NCBI GenBank assembly: GCA_964035545.1
Contig: CAXIUT010000121.1
Span: 1-12,144 of the forward strand
Origin: Bugula neritina
Taxonomy: Eukaryota; Animalia; Bryozoa
Direction of reading: 5' to 3'
DNA length: 12,144 bases
Positions 1-10,287 of this stretch are shown piece by piece; the stretch's first letter is position 1; every line of letters starts with the position of its first letter. The position numbers and the translations under genes were made by a program. The notes beneath the pieces are model-generated. The model made no database searches and had not been told where the DNA came from. It saw nothing but the letters and a program-made list of their open reading frames with translations.

Positions 1-93
1 CCCAACCCCAACCCCAACCCCAACCCCAACCCCAACCCCAACCCCAACCCCAACCCCAACCCCAACCCCAACCCCAACCCCAACCCCAACCCC
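1..93. repeat. Left telomere, (CCCCAA)n (C4A2)
   Basis: Perfect CCCCAA tandem repeats from base 1 to 93, then unique AT-rich sequence; this is the Tetrahymena-type ciliate telomeric unit. Confidence 0.99.
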
Positions 94-276
94 ATGTCAT
101 CATATTATTCTATTTACATTTAAAGATTAATATAAAATCCTAAAGATATAAAATATTTAATTTAGTCAATATACTCGTATCTGTCATCACTTATGATTGA
201 TATTCTTAGAAATATCTACCCAATTCTTAATGAATAAATATAGTAAAAAAATAATCATAATTTACATAGACAGAGA

Positions 277-963
277 TCAATCAGACTATTAAGTCGACTA
301 ACTGTCTATATATCCGGGATGGATCCATCTCTGAAATACTCCATGGTTCCACAACCCGTTTCTCCCATACCCGCAGATGTCAATCATCAATCCCTCTCCA
401 TGTTGTTTGTTGTTGACCCATTTGCCGTAAATTTTGCTTCCATCAAGATGAGTTTCAATTCCCCTCCCATGGCAAGTATCACACCAAAATTCACCTTCAT
501 ACTTTCTTCCGTCTGGCAGACTGTAAGCCCCCTACCCGTGCCTCATGTTGTTCCAATACTAGCCATAATATCGATGTCCGTTAGGCCAAATATGCTCTCC
601 AAGCCCTTATTTCCTATCATTGATCCAATCTCCTTAGTAGTAAGAATTATCTTAGTAATAGTTCTTTCCTGAACCATGCCTCTCATTTGCCTTGAACGAA
701 CCTACGTAGCACTATCCACTGTCCCATACTTTTATTCCCTCTCCCTGCTCTTTGTCATTAAACCACTCTCCATCGTACTTAGCTCCATATTTGTAGAGAC
801 AAATCCCTTTTCCCCATCTTTTACCTTCGCTCCAATAGCCTTTGTATACATCTCCATTCGGATAAAAATTGAGTCCATATCCTTTGGGTTATTTACTGAC
901 TTTCACCTCTTCTTCGCCTTCATAACTCATCTAAGAAGCAGACCCTTTATCGTAAGAACTCAT
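277..963 (-). CDS. MORN-repeat protein, 228 aa (TAR=Glu)
   Basis: ATG at 963, TGA at 279-277, with no internal TGA. Translation gives serial MORN units: YPNGDVYKGYWSEGKRWGKG, YKYGAKYDGEWFNDKEQGEG, YYEDNSYYEGDWINDRKEGLG, WPNGHRYYGEYWNNMRHGEG, LPDGRKYEGEFWCDTCHGRG. The listed + ORFs 319-672 and 676-966 are its antisense shadow. Confidence 0.95.
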
Positions 964-1775
964 TAAATGATTATATTGAATATTAATAGGATTATTTTAC
1001 TTCTAATTAACTCATAAGGTAGTAATAACTATAAAGAGCTGATCATAATAAATTAAAAAATACAATACAAAGTGATTCAAAATGATAATTACTTTCTCCT
1101 GAACAGTTAAAAATTAATTTCCTGTCTAACATTTGATTATTTCTTGGATAAAATCATCAATTACATCAAAAAAAACTAGAATATTACCTCAAATTAAATT
1201 AATTTATTTATTTTATTTCAAAATAACAATGAGAATCATATAGTTTTTAATCAGAAAAACTTCTATAGTTTAAATATCCATTTAGTTTCTCTTTATTTAT
1301 TTAAATTTCATCATTGAAAATATGAACATTAACGATGACTATTGAAACCAGTAAGTCAAAAAAGCATATCAATAAGTATTTATATCAATATAAATAAAGT
1401 ATTTAAGACAAAAAAAGACTTTTAATCTGTTTAATTGCAATATTAAGTCTTGTTTAAGATATTGTTTTCAATGTTCTAGTCATTAATGATCTCTACATTG
1501 TACATCATTTGATTTATATTGCTTAAATCATCAAATATTATTTCTTTTTTAAATCATAGAAGTCATCTAACTAAAATTAAGTACGATATTTGAAGACAGC
1601 AAAATGAGAATTTAAAATTAACATGAAAATAGATAGATTTGTTAGATATGGTATAGTTTGGAGAGTATTTATTCAAAAAATCAAATATTAAGCTATGTTT
1701 TCTTTAACAATGATAACCAACTTTAACTCCTATTGATAATGCAACATATAATATTTAAAATTATAAAGAAGAATT

Positions 1776-2162
1776 ATGAACTTTTCATAACCTTTATATT
1801 ATTGTAATACAGTTCGAACCCCTATTCTTCACTACTAAACCTACTGTCTTCATCAGATGGCTCAACTAGCTGCATAGCTAACAACTTTAAAAGAATAGAA
1901 TCAAAAATTGAAGGAAAAAGTGGTTATTGTTTAAAAGCAGAAGCAAATAAGATAGAAAGAGAATTAGAAGTTAAAAGAAACTCTAGAAAGGAAATACCAT
2001 CAAATAAAAAGAAAATATAAGAAAAGAAGAATAACTAATGACACTAAAGTATTTCTATGCAAAGAGTAAAGATGTTAGAAGAGGTACTCATCAAAGATAG
2101 CTTTGAATGCGCACTTTAGAAAGAAACATTCAGTCGGAGACTATTAAAGAAGTGATTTATGA
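1776..2162 (+). CDS. Small coiled-coil protein with a single C-terminal C2H2 zinc finger, 128 aa
   Basis: ATG at 1776 (first after an in-frame TGA at 1734), TGA at 2160-2162. It has a heptad-like segment (ELTTLKEENQKLKEKVVIVEKQKQIREKENEKLKETLE), a basic run (IKRKYKKRR), then FLCKEERCEKRYSSKIALNAHFRKKH = C-x4-C-x12-H-x4-H. Confidence 0.85.
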
Positions 2163-2626
2163 ACGATAAATGTCGATTTTGTATCAATTTAAATTTATTA
2201 GATTTGACAAAAAAGTATACAAAAGTTGACTAAAATACACTTAAATAGGAAGTTATATCGTTAAATCGCTTAATAATCGTTAAAAGCTATTAATTTAGAC
2301 AACAAAATTTGAATTATATTGTTAGAATATCATATTGTGATTTAAATAAATTTGAATTTTATTCATAGAGCTTTATAAAAGGAGGTGTTCACCTTTATTC
2401 GATATAAGTTTATGAAGTTAAAAAAATATCATTGATTTTAGTTGTTATGTTTAAGAATTAAATCATTGATTTCAAATGCGTTATTGATATTGTCAAAATA
2501 TTAAGCCAATTCTAGCTATAAATAAAGAAATGTGATATCAAAAAAACCTCTTCTAACCAATATTTAAAATCTAATTAATAAAATTGTTCTATAAATCATG
2601 ACTTAGAATGTTCTTATTTTGATTGA
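2159..2626 (+). CDS. Hypothetical ORF, 155 aa, overlapping the upstream stop (ATGA)
   Basis: Open from ATG at 2159 to TGA at 2624-2626 (MNDKCRFCINLNLLDLTKKY...HDLECSYFD). No recognisable domain; with a single stop codon, ORFs this long arise by chance fairly often. Confidence 0.3.
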
Positions 2627-2818
2627 ATAATATCATCTTATGTAATCAGAATATCAAATTAATAGTTCATTTATCTCATACAATGTATTTATATTAAGGA
2701 CTAAAAGGTATGTCTTCAACAAAAACATCAAATATTTCTTTAAAGAAACTATCTTGCTTGATGATTATAATAAATAATTAGTGATTTGATAGATAGTTCA
2801 TAATCATTTCATATTTAA

Positions 2819-3686
2819 ATGAACCAAGATAACAACCAACAAAACTAATAAAGTCAAATGCCCAACTGCTCAGAAATCATTGGAAAAATACCTTTCTTCA
2901 CAAGATTCATCTACTTCTCCCTAGCTATCATCTGGTTTTTAGACCTGATCACTAGCTTTCCATCTTCCTTAATCGCTAGTAGTGTAGAAATGACTTTCTA
3001 AAATAAGAGACTATGGACTCTATTCATTGCATCCTTTTATGTAGATAGACTGTTCTTTGTGATTCTTATTATCTATAACTTCAACTCCTTCTTGCCAAAA
3101 CTAGTATTCCATCTCTTATATTTAGGAATAACGTCTTTCGACTTCAGTGCTTATGATAAAATTCATCATTAATGGATCAATCATTCAACTATTAATCCTT
3201 TTAGTTCAAAGTTTGATAGGATCTAATGATATCAATGGAGTGGGAGGTATATGGTTCAGCATGATTTTCAAGTATTGTTACTATAACAGTGACAGTTTGA
3301 TCAAATTTTGCTGTTTCAACTGGAAATTCAAAAGAGGATTTTACCCATTTGTCTTGCTTCTTGTTTGTACTATCCTTACTTTCGGAATACGTTTAGATAT
3401 GATAATAGGTCTACTCTATGGATTTTTTCAAGTCATGATGTAAAAATTGACAACAGCTCCCAGCTTTTGTCTTACTAAAGTAGCAAAATTACTTCGGGTA
3501 ACTTCTATTCAAAGTTGGAAGAATAATGATGGAGAAACAAATGATTATTCTGATAAGGCAGCTTATTAGAATTTGGATAGTTTTAAATCTTAATAGATGC
3601 CTTCAAAAAGATTAGAAGACAACTCTCTTGCACATCATTCTGATCCATTTGCTAATCAGCAAGGAGTTCGTCTTGGAGATTATTGA
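2819..3686 (+). CDS. Derlin/rhomboid-like membrane protein, 281 aa; exons 2819-3103 and 3126-3686
   Basis: N-terminal IPFFTRFI followed by multiple hydrophobic helices, a RLWTLF loop motif, FYPFVLL and a C-terminal FANQQGVRLG resembling the p97-binding SHP box. A 22-nt GT-AG intron restores the frame. Ends TGA TGA. Confidence 0.75.
3104..3125 (+). other. Spliceosomal intron, 22 nt
   Basis: gtattccatctcttatatttag; removal joins LPKL to EERLSTS in the frame of the downstream transmembrane segments. Confidence 0.85.
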
Positions 3687-3740
3687 TGAGTTAAAATTGA
3701 TTGTAATTATATTGATTTGAATATATTAATTTTAAACCAA

Positions 3741-4768
3741 ATGTATGAAAATATTAATGAAAGTAGAAATAATTCTTCTTCCGAATTAAAAATACTACAA
3801 GCATCTTACCTTAGTCAACATTTTCACATGATTTGTAAGGTCCTCTCCAAAAATTATCGCCAAGCTTTCCACTAACTCATCATTAATAACTAGGAGTACC
3901 CTTCTTCAGTCAAAAATCAAACAAAATAATTAGTTTAAAAGCTTGAACAAGTGATTTTTAGAAAGAAAAAGACAATATTTGACAAAATGGTTCGATTTAT
4001 TGATTCGAAAGATAATCATAAAAACCTTTCATGCATAAAAATATCAAGTTTATTTGTAATAATATAGGTACTTTGACAATCAGAATCACACCTCTTCTCG
4101 TAAAACCACTAAATAGACTCAAATAGATGAAAAATAGGAGACAAACCTTATCCAAAGATAAGCATTTATTTCTTCTCATCTGTCTTTCCAACTTATAAAA
4201 ACTAGTCAATATTGCTAAAATTGATGCTTTCGAAAGTATAAGATCCCAAGCAGCCCATCAAACACAAGTTGGTAGTCCTCTTTCCATACAGATAAAAAAA
4301 TAAATACTTTAAATTTAATCGAAATTATCAATAATCAGAGAAGATCTAATCTGAGATTTGCTTTTAGTTAACTTTATCTATTCTAAGGAAACTTAGAATC
4401 TCAAAAATAAATAGTATTTGAGGAAGAATAAGCAAATATATAAGATTAATAATAAAACGATGAATAAATGCTTTTGAATTGCTATAAAAATATGGTAAAT
4501 ATGGTAATATATAGGCTTCTAACTTAATAAAATCAAGACCAAAACCTAAAAATATCCAAAACTATCTTAAATAATCAAAATAACTAGCAGTTATATCAAT
4601 AGTTCAACAACTATAATTATTGCATTTAAAGCAAATGGGAAATAGATTTATGGATATATATAAATCTCATATCAATTATACCAACTAATAAACTCTTTAC
4701 ATGCTCAATAGATAAATAGTAATTTTTCTTTTATCAAGGCTATTCTTGAAAAATAATATTTATCTTGA
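3741..4768 (+). CDS. Uncharacterised helical protein, 315 aa; exons 3741-4047, 4068-4271, 4292-4494, 4515-4718, 4739-4768
   Basis: ATG at 3741; removing four 20-nt GT-AG introns gives a 948-nt open frame ending TGA at 4766-4768. Contains the acidic tract FEEEEANIEDEEENDEEML (TAA=Glu). No family recognised. Confidence 0.7.
4048..4067 (+). other. Intron, 20 nt
   Basis: gtttatttgtaataatatag; retention hits an in-frame TGA shortly after. Confidence 0.8.
4272..4291 (+). other. Intron, 20 nt
   Basis: gtagtcctctttccatacag; pyrimidine-rich; retention leads to an in-frame TGA near 4352. Confidence 0.8.
4495..4514 (+). other. Intron, 20 nt
   Basis: gtaaatatggtaatatatag; same length and GTA...TAG form as its neighbours, but not forced by an immediate stop. 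Confidence 0.65.
4719..4738 (+). other. Intron, 20 nt
   Basis: gtaatttttcttttatcaag; removal yields AILEKEYLS-stop, ending just before the convergent TTLL gene. Confidence 0.65.
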
Positions 4769-4816
4769 CAATTTGAATATTTATGATTAATTTATTGTTT
4801 ATTTACATTGTAAAAA

Positions 4817-7729
4817 TCATATTAATTTGTCGATGTCAATCAACTCTCCATCATTCTAAAATATTGGCTCTTAATCTTGCTAGCTAACAACTATCTAATT
4901 TATCATCTTTTGATATAATTAGTTATTTTACTCATATATCTTTCTTATTTGTGGTCCATCTCTTTACTACTAAAAAATCAATTAGAATTGGAACTTTTCT
5001 AGACTACAATCAGGAGCCATGTAGCGTGTGTTATTTGTGTAATGCAAAGTAGGAGGAAATAAAGGATCCAGAGAAACTCTTAAAGTTTGTTCAAGCATAG
5101 AAGGAATAACTCTTTTAACTACACTACTACTCAACTATAAACAAGGATTCGTGTTAACTTAAATCAAATTGACCTACAGATTTTAATCTACCATAAAATC
5201 AAGACCAAATACTTCAAAGTTATGCAATTTCCTTTGAGGATCTAGAGTTATATAGGTTGAAAAAATTGCATCTTTTGCGAGATCTCTCATTTTGATATAT
5301 ATTGCAGACATATCGAACTCTTTTTAAGGAAAGTTTTTCGTAAAGTATCTCTGAAGATCATTATAAGACACCTTGTTGCCTTCTTCATAGCGACTATAGC
5401 TTTCAGCTGATTGCTGAACTGCATCATTTGTGAGATGAATAGTTTAATCTTTGATGTCAGTTAGATCAAAAAATTATGATGATGTTCTGACATATCCTTC
5501 CTCAAAGAAATAAACTCTTAGTCTACCATATAGTGATGTTATAACCATGAAATGTCTAATATCGAATTTTCTTCCTTTAAAAAGTAAAGGCTTTTCTATA
5601 TATTTTTGAAGAATATAAGTCTTATCATCTCCATTTTCATGTTTTCCCTTTTTATTTAGTTTTCTTCTTATCTAATGAAGATCTTTAAGCACAACAATTC
5701 CTGCTCCTTGATTACTGTTTTAACCAGGCTTTAGTATCCATATATTAGCCTGTCCATGGTCTTTTCCATATTTTTTATAAGCTAAAAGAAATTCTTTAAA
5801 GCTAGGATCACTTTATCCTTGTCTAATATGAAAAGTTTAAGGAAAAGCTTTGTTTAATGACTGGTTAGTAAGTTGATAATAGAGTCTGAGATGATGAAGA
5901 AGAGCTTTTTTGTTTCCCAAACTATGATTATACTCAATATGATTATGCACATGAATTTATTATTGAGTACGTCTCGTGAGATATCCGTTGGGTATATATT
6001 TAAGACGTACCTCTAAATCATCAGGATTAAAAATATGTTTATCTGATATTGAATTCAAGTAAATTTAAGAATCATTTGCAGTTAATATTTTTTGTTATTA
6101 TTTGACTGAAATAGGAGCTTTAAACATAACTCCTTTAGGAAGTAGATGTTCAAGTGGTTTTTTAGATTCCTGTCCAGTTTTACTGCATAGATGAACAGCT
6201 GATATATTACTTAAAGATAGATACTTTTTATTATTTCTATTTGTCAGTTTTACCTCTTCATTCTCTTGTTTTAACTGCTAACTTTTCTTTTATTTAATTA
6301 CTTTTTGAGAATAATCAAGTACATTTTTAGTACAAGATGGTTCTTGTTAAAAGATGCTTTTGTTTTTTAGTTGTGTCCAAATAAAATGAGCTTCATTTAT
6401 ATTTTTAGTTTAATGCCACCATATTTTTCTTTTCATTATACTTCTGATCAACATAGAGTTGTTTCCAGGACCAACAAAATAAAAACATTTACTGATAGAT
6501 TGCTTTTCAGCTTTGGACATTGACATTGTTTCAACTATGTTTAGTGAATCATATATTCGATGAGCTAGATTTATCATAAAAAGAAACTATCTATATTTTG
6601 ACATTTTTTGCTAATAAACGCCTTTTTATTCATTGTTATTATTTAAAATAAAAGTAAAGTTTTTTTTGTTTTTTTATTTTAAATTTCTAGTTGTCTTTTA
6701 AGGACTAAACACTTTCTTTTACTTTAATTAACTGGCATATTCTTTGATGGAGTTCTTTTTTTAAAGTTTTTTTAAAGAAGGTTTCAAAATCTTACTTTTA
6801 TCAAGAGTTTATTAATTCTGAATCTCATTAATTACCAACTATAAATTCTTTTTCCTTTTTTGCTTCTTACATTTAGTCAGAATATTTTCAACCAAAACTT
6901 CTTTTTTTGACTCAATTACAAGTTTTTTTTCTTTCTAATGTTAAGCTCTTTTCGAAAGTATATAGTGATGAAGAGTAGAATACTTGGGTTCTTATTCAAT
7001 TTTATCAATAATTTTTTTTTGTTTATACTTTCTTGAAGGATGTAAGGCAGGAATAACACTATATTTCTTTTAATTAGTTCCATTATCTTATTGATAGTCT
7101 TCTTTTTCATATTGTAAATTTTAATCTTGAAATTAACTAGAATTAAAATTCGTTGTAGACATATTTTTAGCATCATTATTGCTTAGTTCAGGAACTTTTA
7201 TTAAGTTAAACAAATTTCCATTATGTTTTTAATTGATATTATTTCCTTTCAAAGGAATTTAGTATAATTTTCCTTTAGTTATTCTAAAATATTGATCTCT
7301 TTCTTAGCTATTATCAAGTGAACTCACAACCTTTCTTTTCACACTACATTATTGCCTTTTGGAAGTCTATTCTTCATGAAGTTACTTTTTGATATCAAAA
7401 TGATCTATTTTCATTTATAGTGCAGTTCTATCTCGATTCAAAGCTAAAAATTATTAATTTAAACACTTTTTATAACTTCCTTTTTTATCTTTAATCTTTT
7501 TTTTATTCGTAGCTGGTGCAAATTCATTAGTATTACTATTTAGAACACTATTCATAAAACTAAATGAACTCAGGAGGGAGCCACTCTCTTGAATAGAGTA
7601 AGGAGTTAAGTCATAGTGACCACATTTAGGTAAAAACGATGAGCGAGGTTATTATTTCTTTAAATCATGACTTGTTTTTTTAAGAAAATAGATCAATTTT
7701 TTATCTTTAGGTTTTACTTATTGATTCAT
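4817..7729 (-). CDS. Tubulin-tyrosine-ligase-like (TTLL) tubulin glycylase/glutamylase family protein, 970 aa, intronless
   Basis: A single TGA-free frame from ATG at 7729 to TGA at 4819-4817. Motifs: YFVGPGNNSMLIRSIMKRKIWW, HFIWTQ, HNHIEYNHSLGNKKAL, FPETFHI, WILKPGENSNQGAGI, YILQKYIEKPLLFKGRKFDIRH, EGYVRTSS, IHLTNDAVQ, YEEGNKVSY, FEVFGLDFMVD, LIEVNTNPCLE. Long low-complexity K/N/E-rich N-terminus; the start is the most upstream ATG I identified. Confidence 0.95.
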
Positions 7730-8716
7730 TAATATAAAATTATTAATAGCAAACTATGAAAAACAATATGAACAAATGATTCATTAAATAAAGTAGCAAA
7801 AGTAATCACTTTTTGTATTATATTCTCCAAATATTAGATAAATATCTAGGTTGATAAAAATGACTAATATTAAAGAGAAGAACCCATTCAGGTACATTCT
7901 AACATAAAGATATTTCCTAAAAAACTGATTGAAAATGTAATAATTAATTTTATTTGATCTTTAGACTTCAAAAAATGACATTCTCATCAATAACAACCTT
8001 TTAAATAGCTACACCTATTGAAAATATGACAATCAAATAGCAAAGAAAAGTTTTTAAGCTGTCAAATAAGTAAGTGGTAAAAATACTAATCATTAATATT
8101 GTTTGAAATATAAAATACAGTTTCCTAGGATAACAAAGAAAAATATTTTTATTCATTTTAAAATTAAATTGAAATGAAATTGATCCCATCACTATGTTAC
8201 TAAATATATTGTTTAAATGATCAATATATATATATATTAGCACCTTAGAAATCAAGGTCATTTATTTATTCACTCTATAATGATCAATATATAATCAAGT
8301 AAGAAAATAGATAAATATCAAAAGTTGAATATTCTTATTTTCAAGTCAATTTTTTTATTAAAAAAAAATAGTTTATTTTATTATTATTAAGATCATTTTT
8401 TACTGCTTTGTTTGCTTTAAATAGATTTAAATATTATTTTGTTTGATTTTTAAATCATATTTTTACCGTTTCAACTCAATAAAATAAATAGTTCATTTTT
8501 ATGAAGATTTATTAGTTTGTTAGAATTGCAACTTATTTTTGATGCTTTAATTAATATATAGTCTTATTTTTATTGTTTTTTCCTAGAATTCAATTTTTTC
8601 TTGATTCAGTTGCAAAAATAAAATAAAAAAAGAAAGAGATCGAGTACCTAAAACTACTTAAATCAAGATAATGACTTAGATCTTTCCTTATTTAATCGAT
8701 AAATACTAAAATATCT

Positions 8717-10039
8717 ATGATCAGTAGATATTAACACTTCAATAGGTTATAAACTCTGAATAAAAATTAGATTGTTATAATAATTGAAATCGAAAGGTCA
8801 ATGAATAAAGCATCTTCACCAATGGGCAAATCAAATATCGGATAAAACAAAAGAAAAGCTATTTTCAATAAAATACGTCAGTCTTTAACGGGTTTCTAAC
8901 TAATTCGAAAAAATCAAAGTATTGTAAAGAAGCGGCTTGAAGAAGAAGTGAAAAGTGTTTCAAACTCAGACAGCGATTAAAATGTTAATTAACTCAAGAA
9001 TTAAGTTTGTAACGCCTAACTTTTCACTTAAAAATACTAAATTCTTGAGAAACTAGGAGAAGGAAGCAATGGAGTTGTGTACAAAGTCATCAAGAAATAA
9101 ACTAAAGAGCACTATGCAGTAAAATAATTTATTTTTGAAGAAGAAAATTTGCCAGGAATCAAATCTAACTTTCTGAGTATCAAAAGTTTAAGGCATCCAA
9201 ATATCATCAACTACTAAGCTCTCTATATTGATATAAAAAAAAGAACAGCATGGCTAGTGATGGAATTCATCAGTTCACCTTCATTAGCATCATTATTTCC
9301 CTTTCTACAAGTAGAAAAATAAGTCAAAAATATTATGTTCCAACTCTTCAGTTGCCTCACTTACCTCCACAAGCATGACTTAGTTCATAGGGACATCAAA
9401 CCTGAGAACATTCTTTATGACCAAAAGAAAAAAACTATAAAAATCATAGATTTCGGGATTGCAAAGAGATGCAAAAGGAGAGGAGTTGTTTTTGATATGT
9501 GGACTAATACTGGAACCCTATTATATAAGGCTCCTTAGATGTTTTTTGGAAGTTACAGAGAAGGGATAGACATATGGGCAGCTGGAATCATGCTATACTG
9601 GCTAGTAGCTGGTAGAACTCCTTTTGAGTCTGAATATCATAACTAAACTATCAAAAATATCCGATAGGCAGAACTAGTTTTTCCTTCAGAATTTAATAGT
9701 TGCAATTTAGACATTAAAAACCTACTTAGTTGTATGATAAACAGAAACATCTAAGAAAGGTTTACTGCATAACAGTGTACAAAACACAGATGGTTTAGAT
9801 CTATTTTAGAATCATCAACTACTCTTCATAAAAAAGAGGTTTAATCTACAAATAAAACCGTGAAAGTTCAAGAAGTTAAGAACAAGCTAAAGGTTTTGCA
9901 TACTTTTACTTTAAGAGATAATTTAGAGGATAGCAACATCCTTGACATATCAAAATCAAGTTTAAAATCATCGAGACCCTATGTTAAGATAATAGGAGGA
10001 GAGTAGTATCATTATATTGATTCTAATTGGAAAGAATGA
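8717..10039 (+). CDS. Ser/Thr protein kinase (CAMK-like), ~440 aa; start uncertain
   Basis: [47 protein letters not shown] (E = TAG at 9536-9538), [25 protein letters not shown]; TGA at 10037-10039. Alternative starts are ATG 8801, or ATG 8671 via a possible 22-nt intron at 8724-8745. Confidence 0.95.
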
Positions 10040-10287
10040 AAGTTATCATTGATTATTTTATAATTTTTGATATCCTCATAATATCTAAACATCATCATTT
10101 CCATTTGATTTCAAAAGTTTAATTAGTTAATCGAGTGATTTGAGAAATTAATTAGTTGTAAATTACAAATATATTATCTTTGACAATTGAGTTCTTGGAT
10201 CAAACACTTTAGTTAATCCTGTTCTATTAGTTTTCATTTACTATATAATATAGTTTTTAAATAAAATCAATCATATTCTTAAGAAAA

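Noticed and set aside
319-966. Listed + strand ORFs 319-672 and 676-966
   Set aside because: Exact antisense shadow of the minus-strand MORN gene, whose repeats are unmistakable.
1335-1610. Short + ORF from ATG 1335 (~90 aa), and a second long open frame at about 1490-2041 overlapping the zinc-finger gene
   Set aside because: No recognisable motif; such lengths are expected by chance with only one stop codon.
2541-2560. aaaaaacctcttctaaccaa, loosely like the Tetrahymena chromosome breakage sequence
   Set aside because: Only a partial, permuted match, far from any end; Cbs elements are removed during breakage.
4489-4506. 9-nt tandem duplication aatatggta x2 at the intron 3 donor
   Set aside because: Too short to support intron gain by duplication; the second GT would give an implausible 11-nt intron.
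3997-8261. Listed minus ORFs 3997-4209, 6916-7176 and 8001-8261
   Set aside because: The first is antisense to the 4-intron gene, the second is an off-frame overlap within TTLL, and the third is a low-complexity AT-rich frame with no motif.
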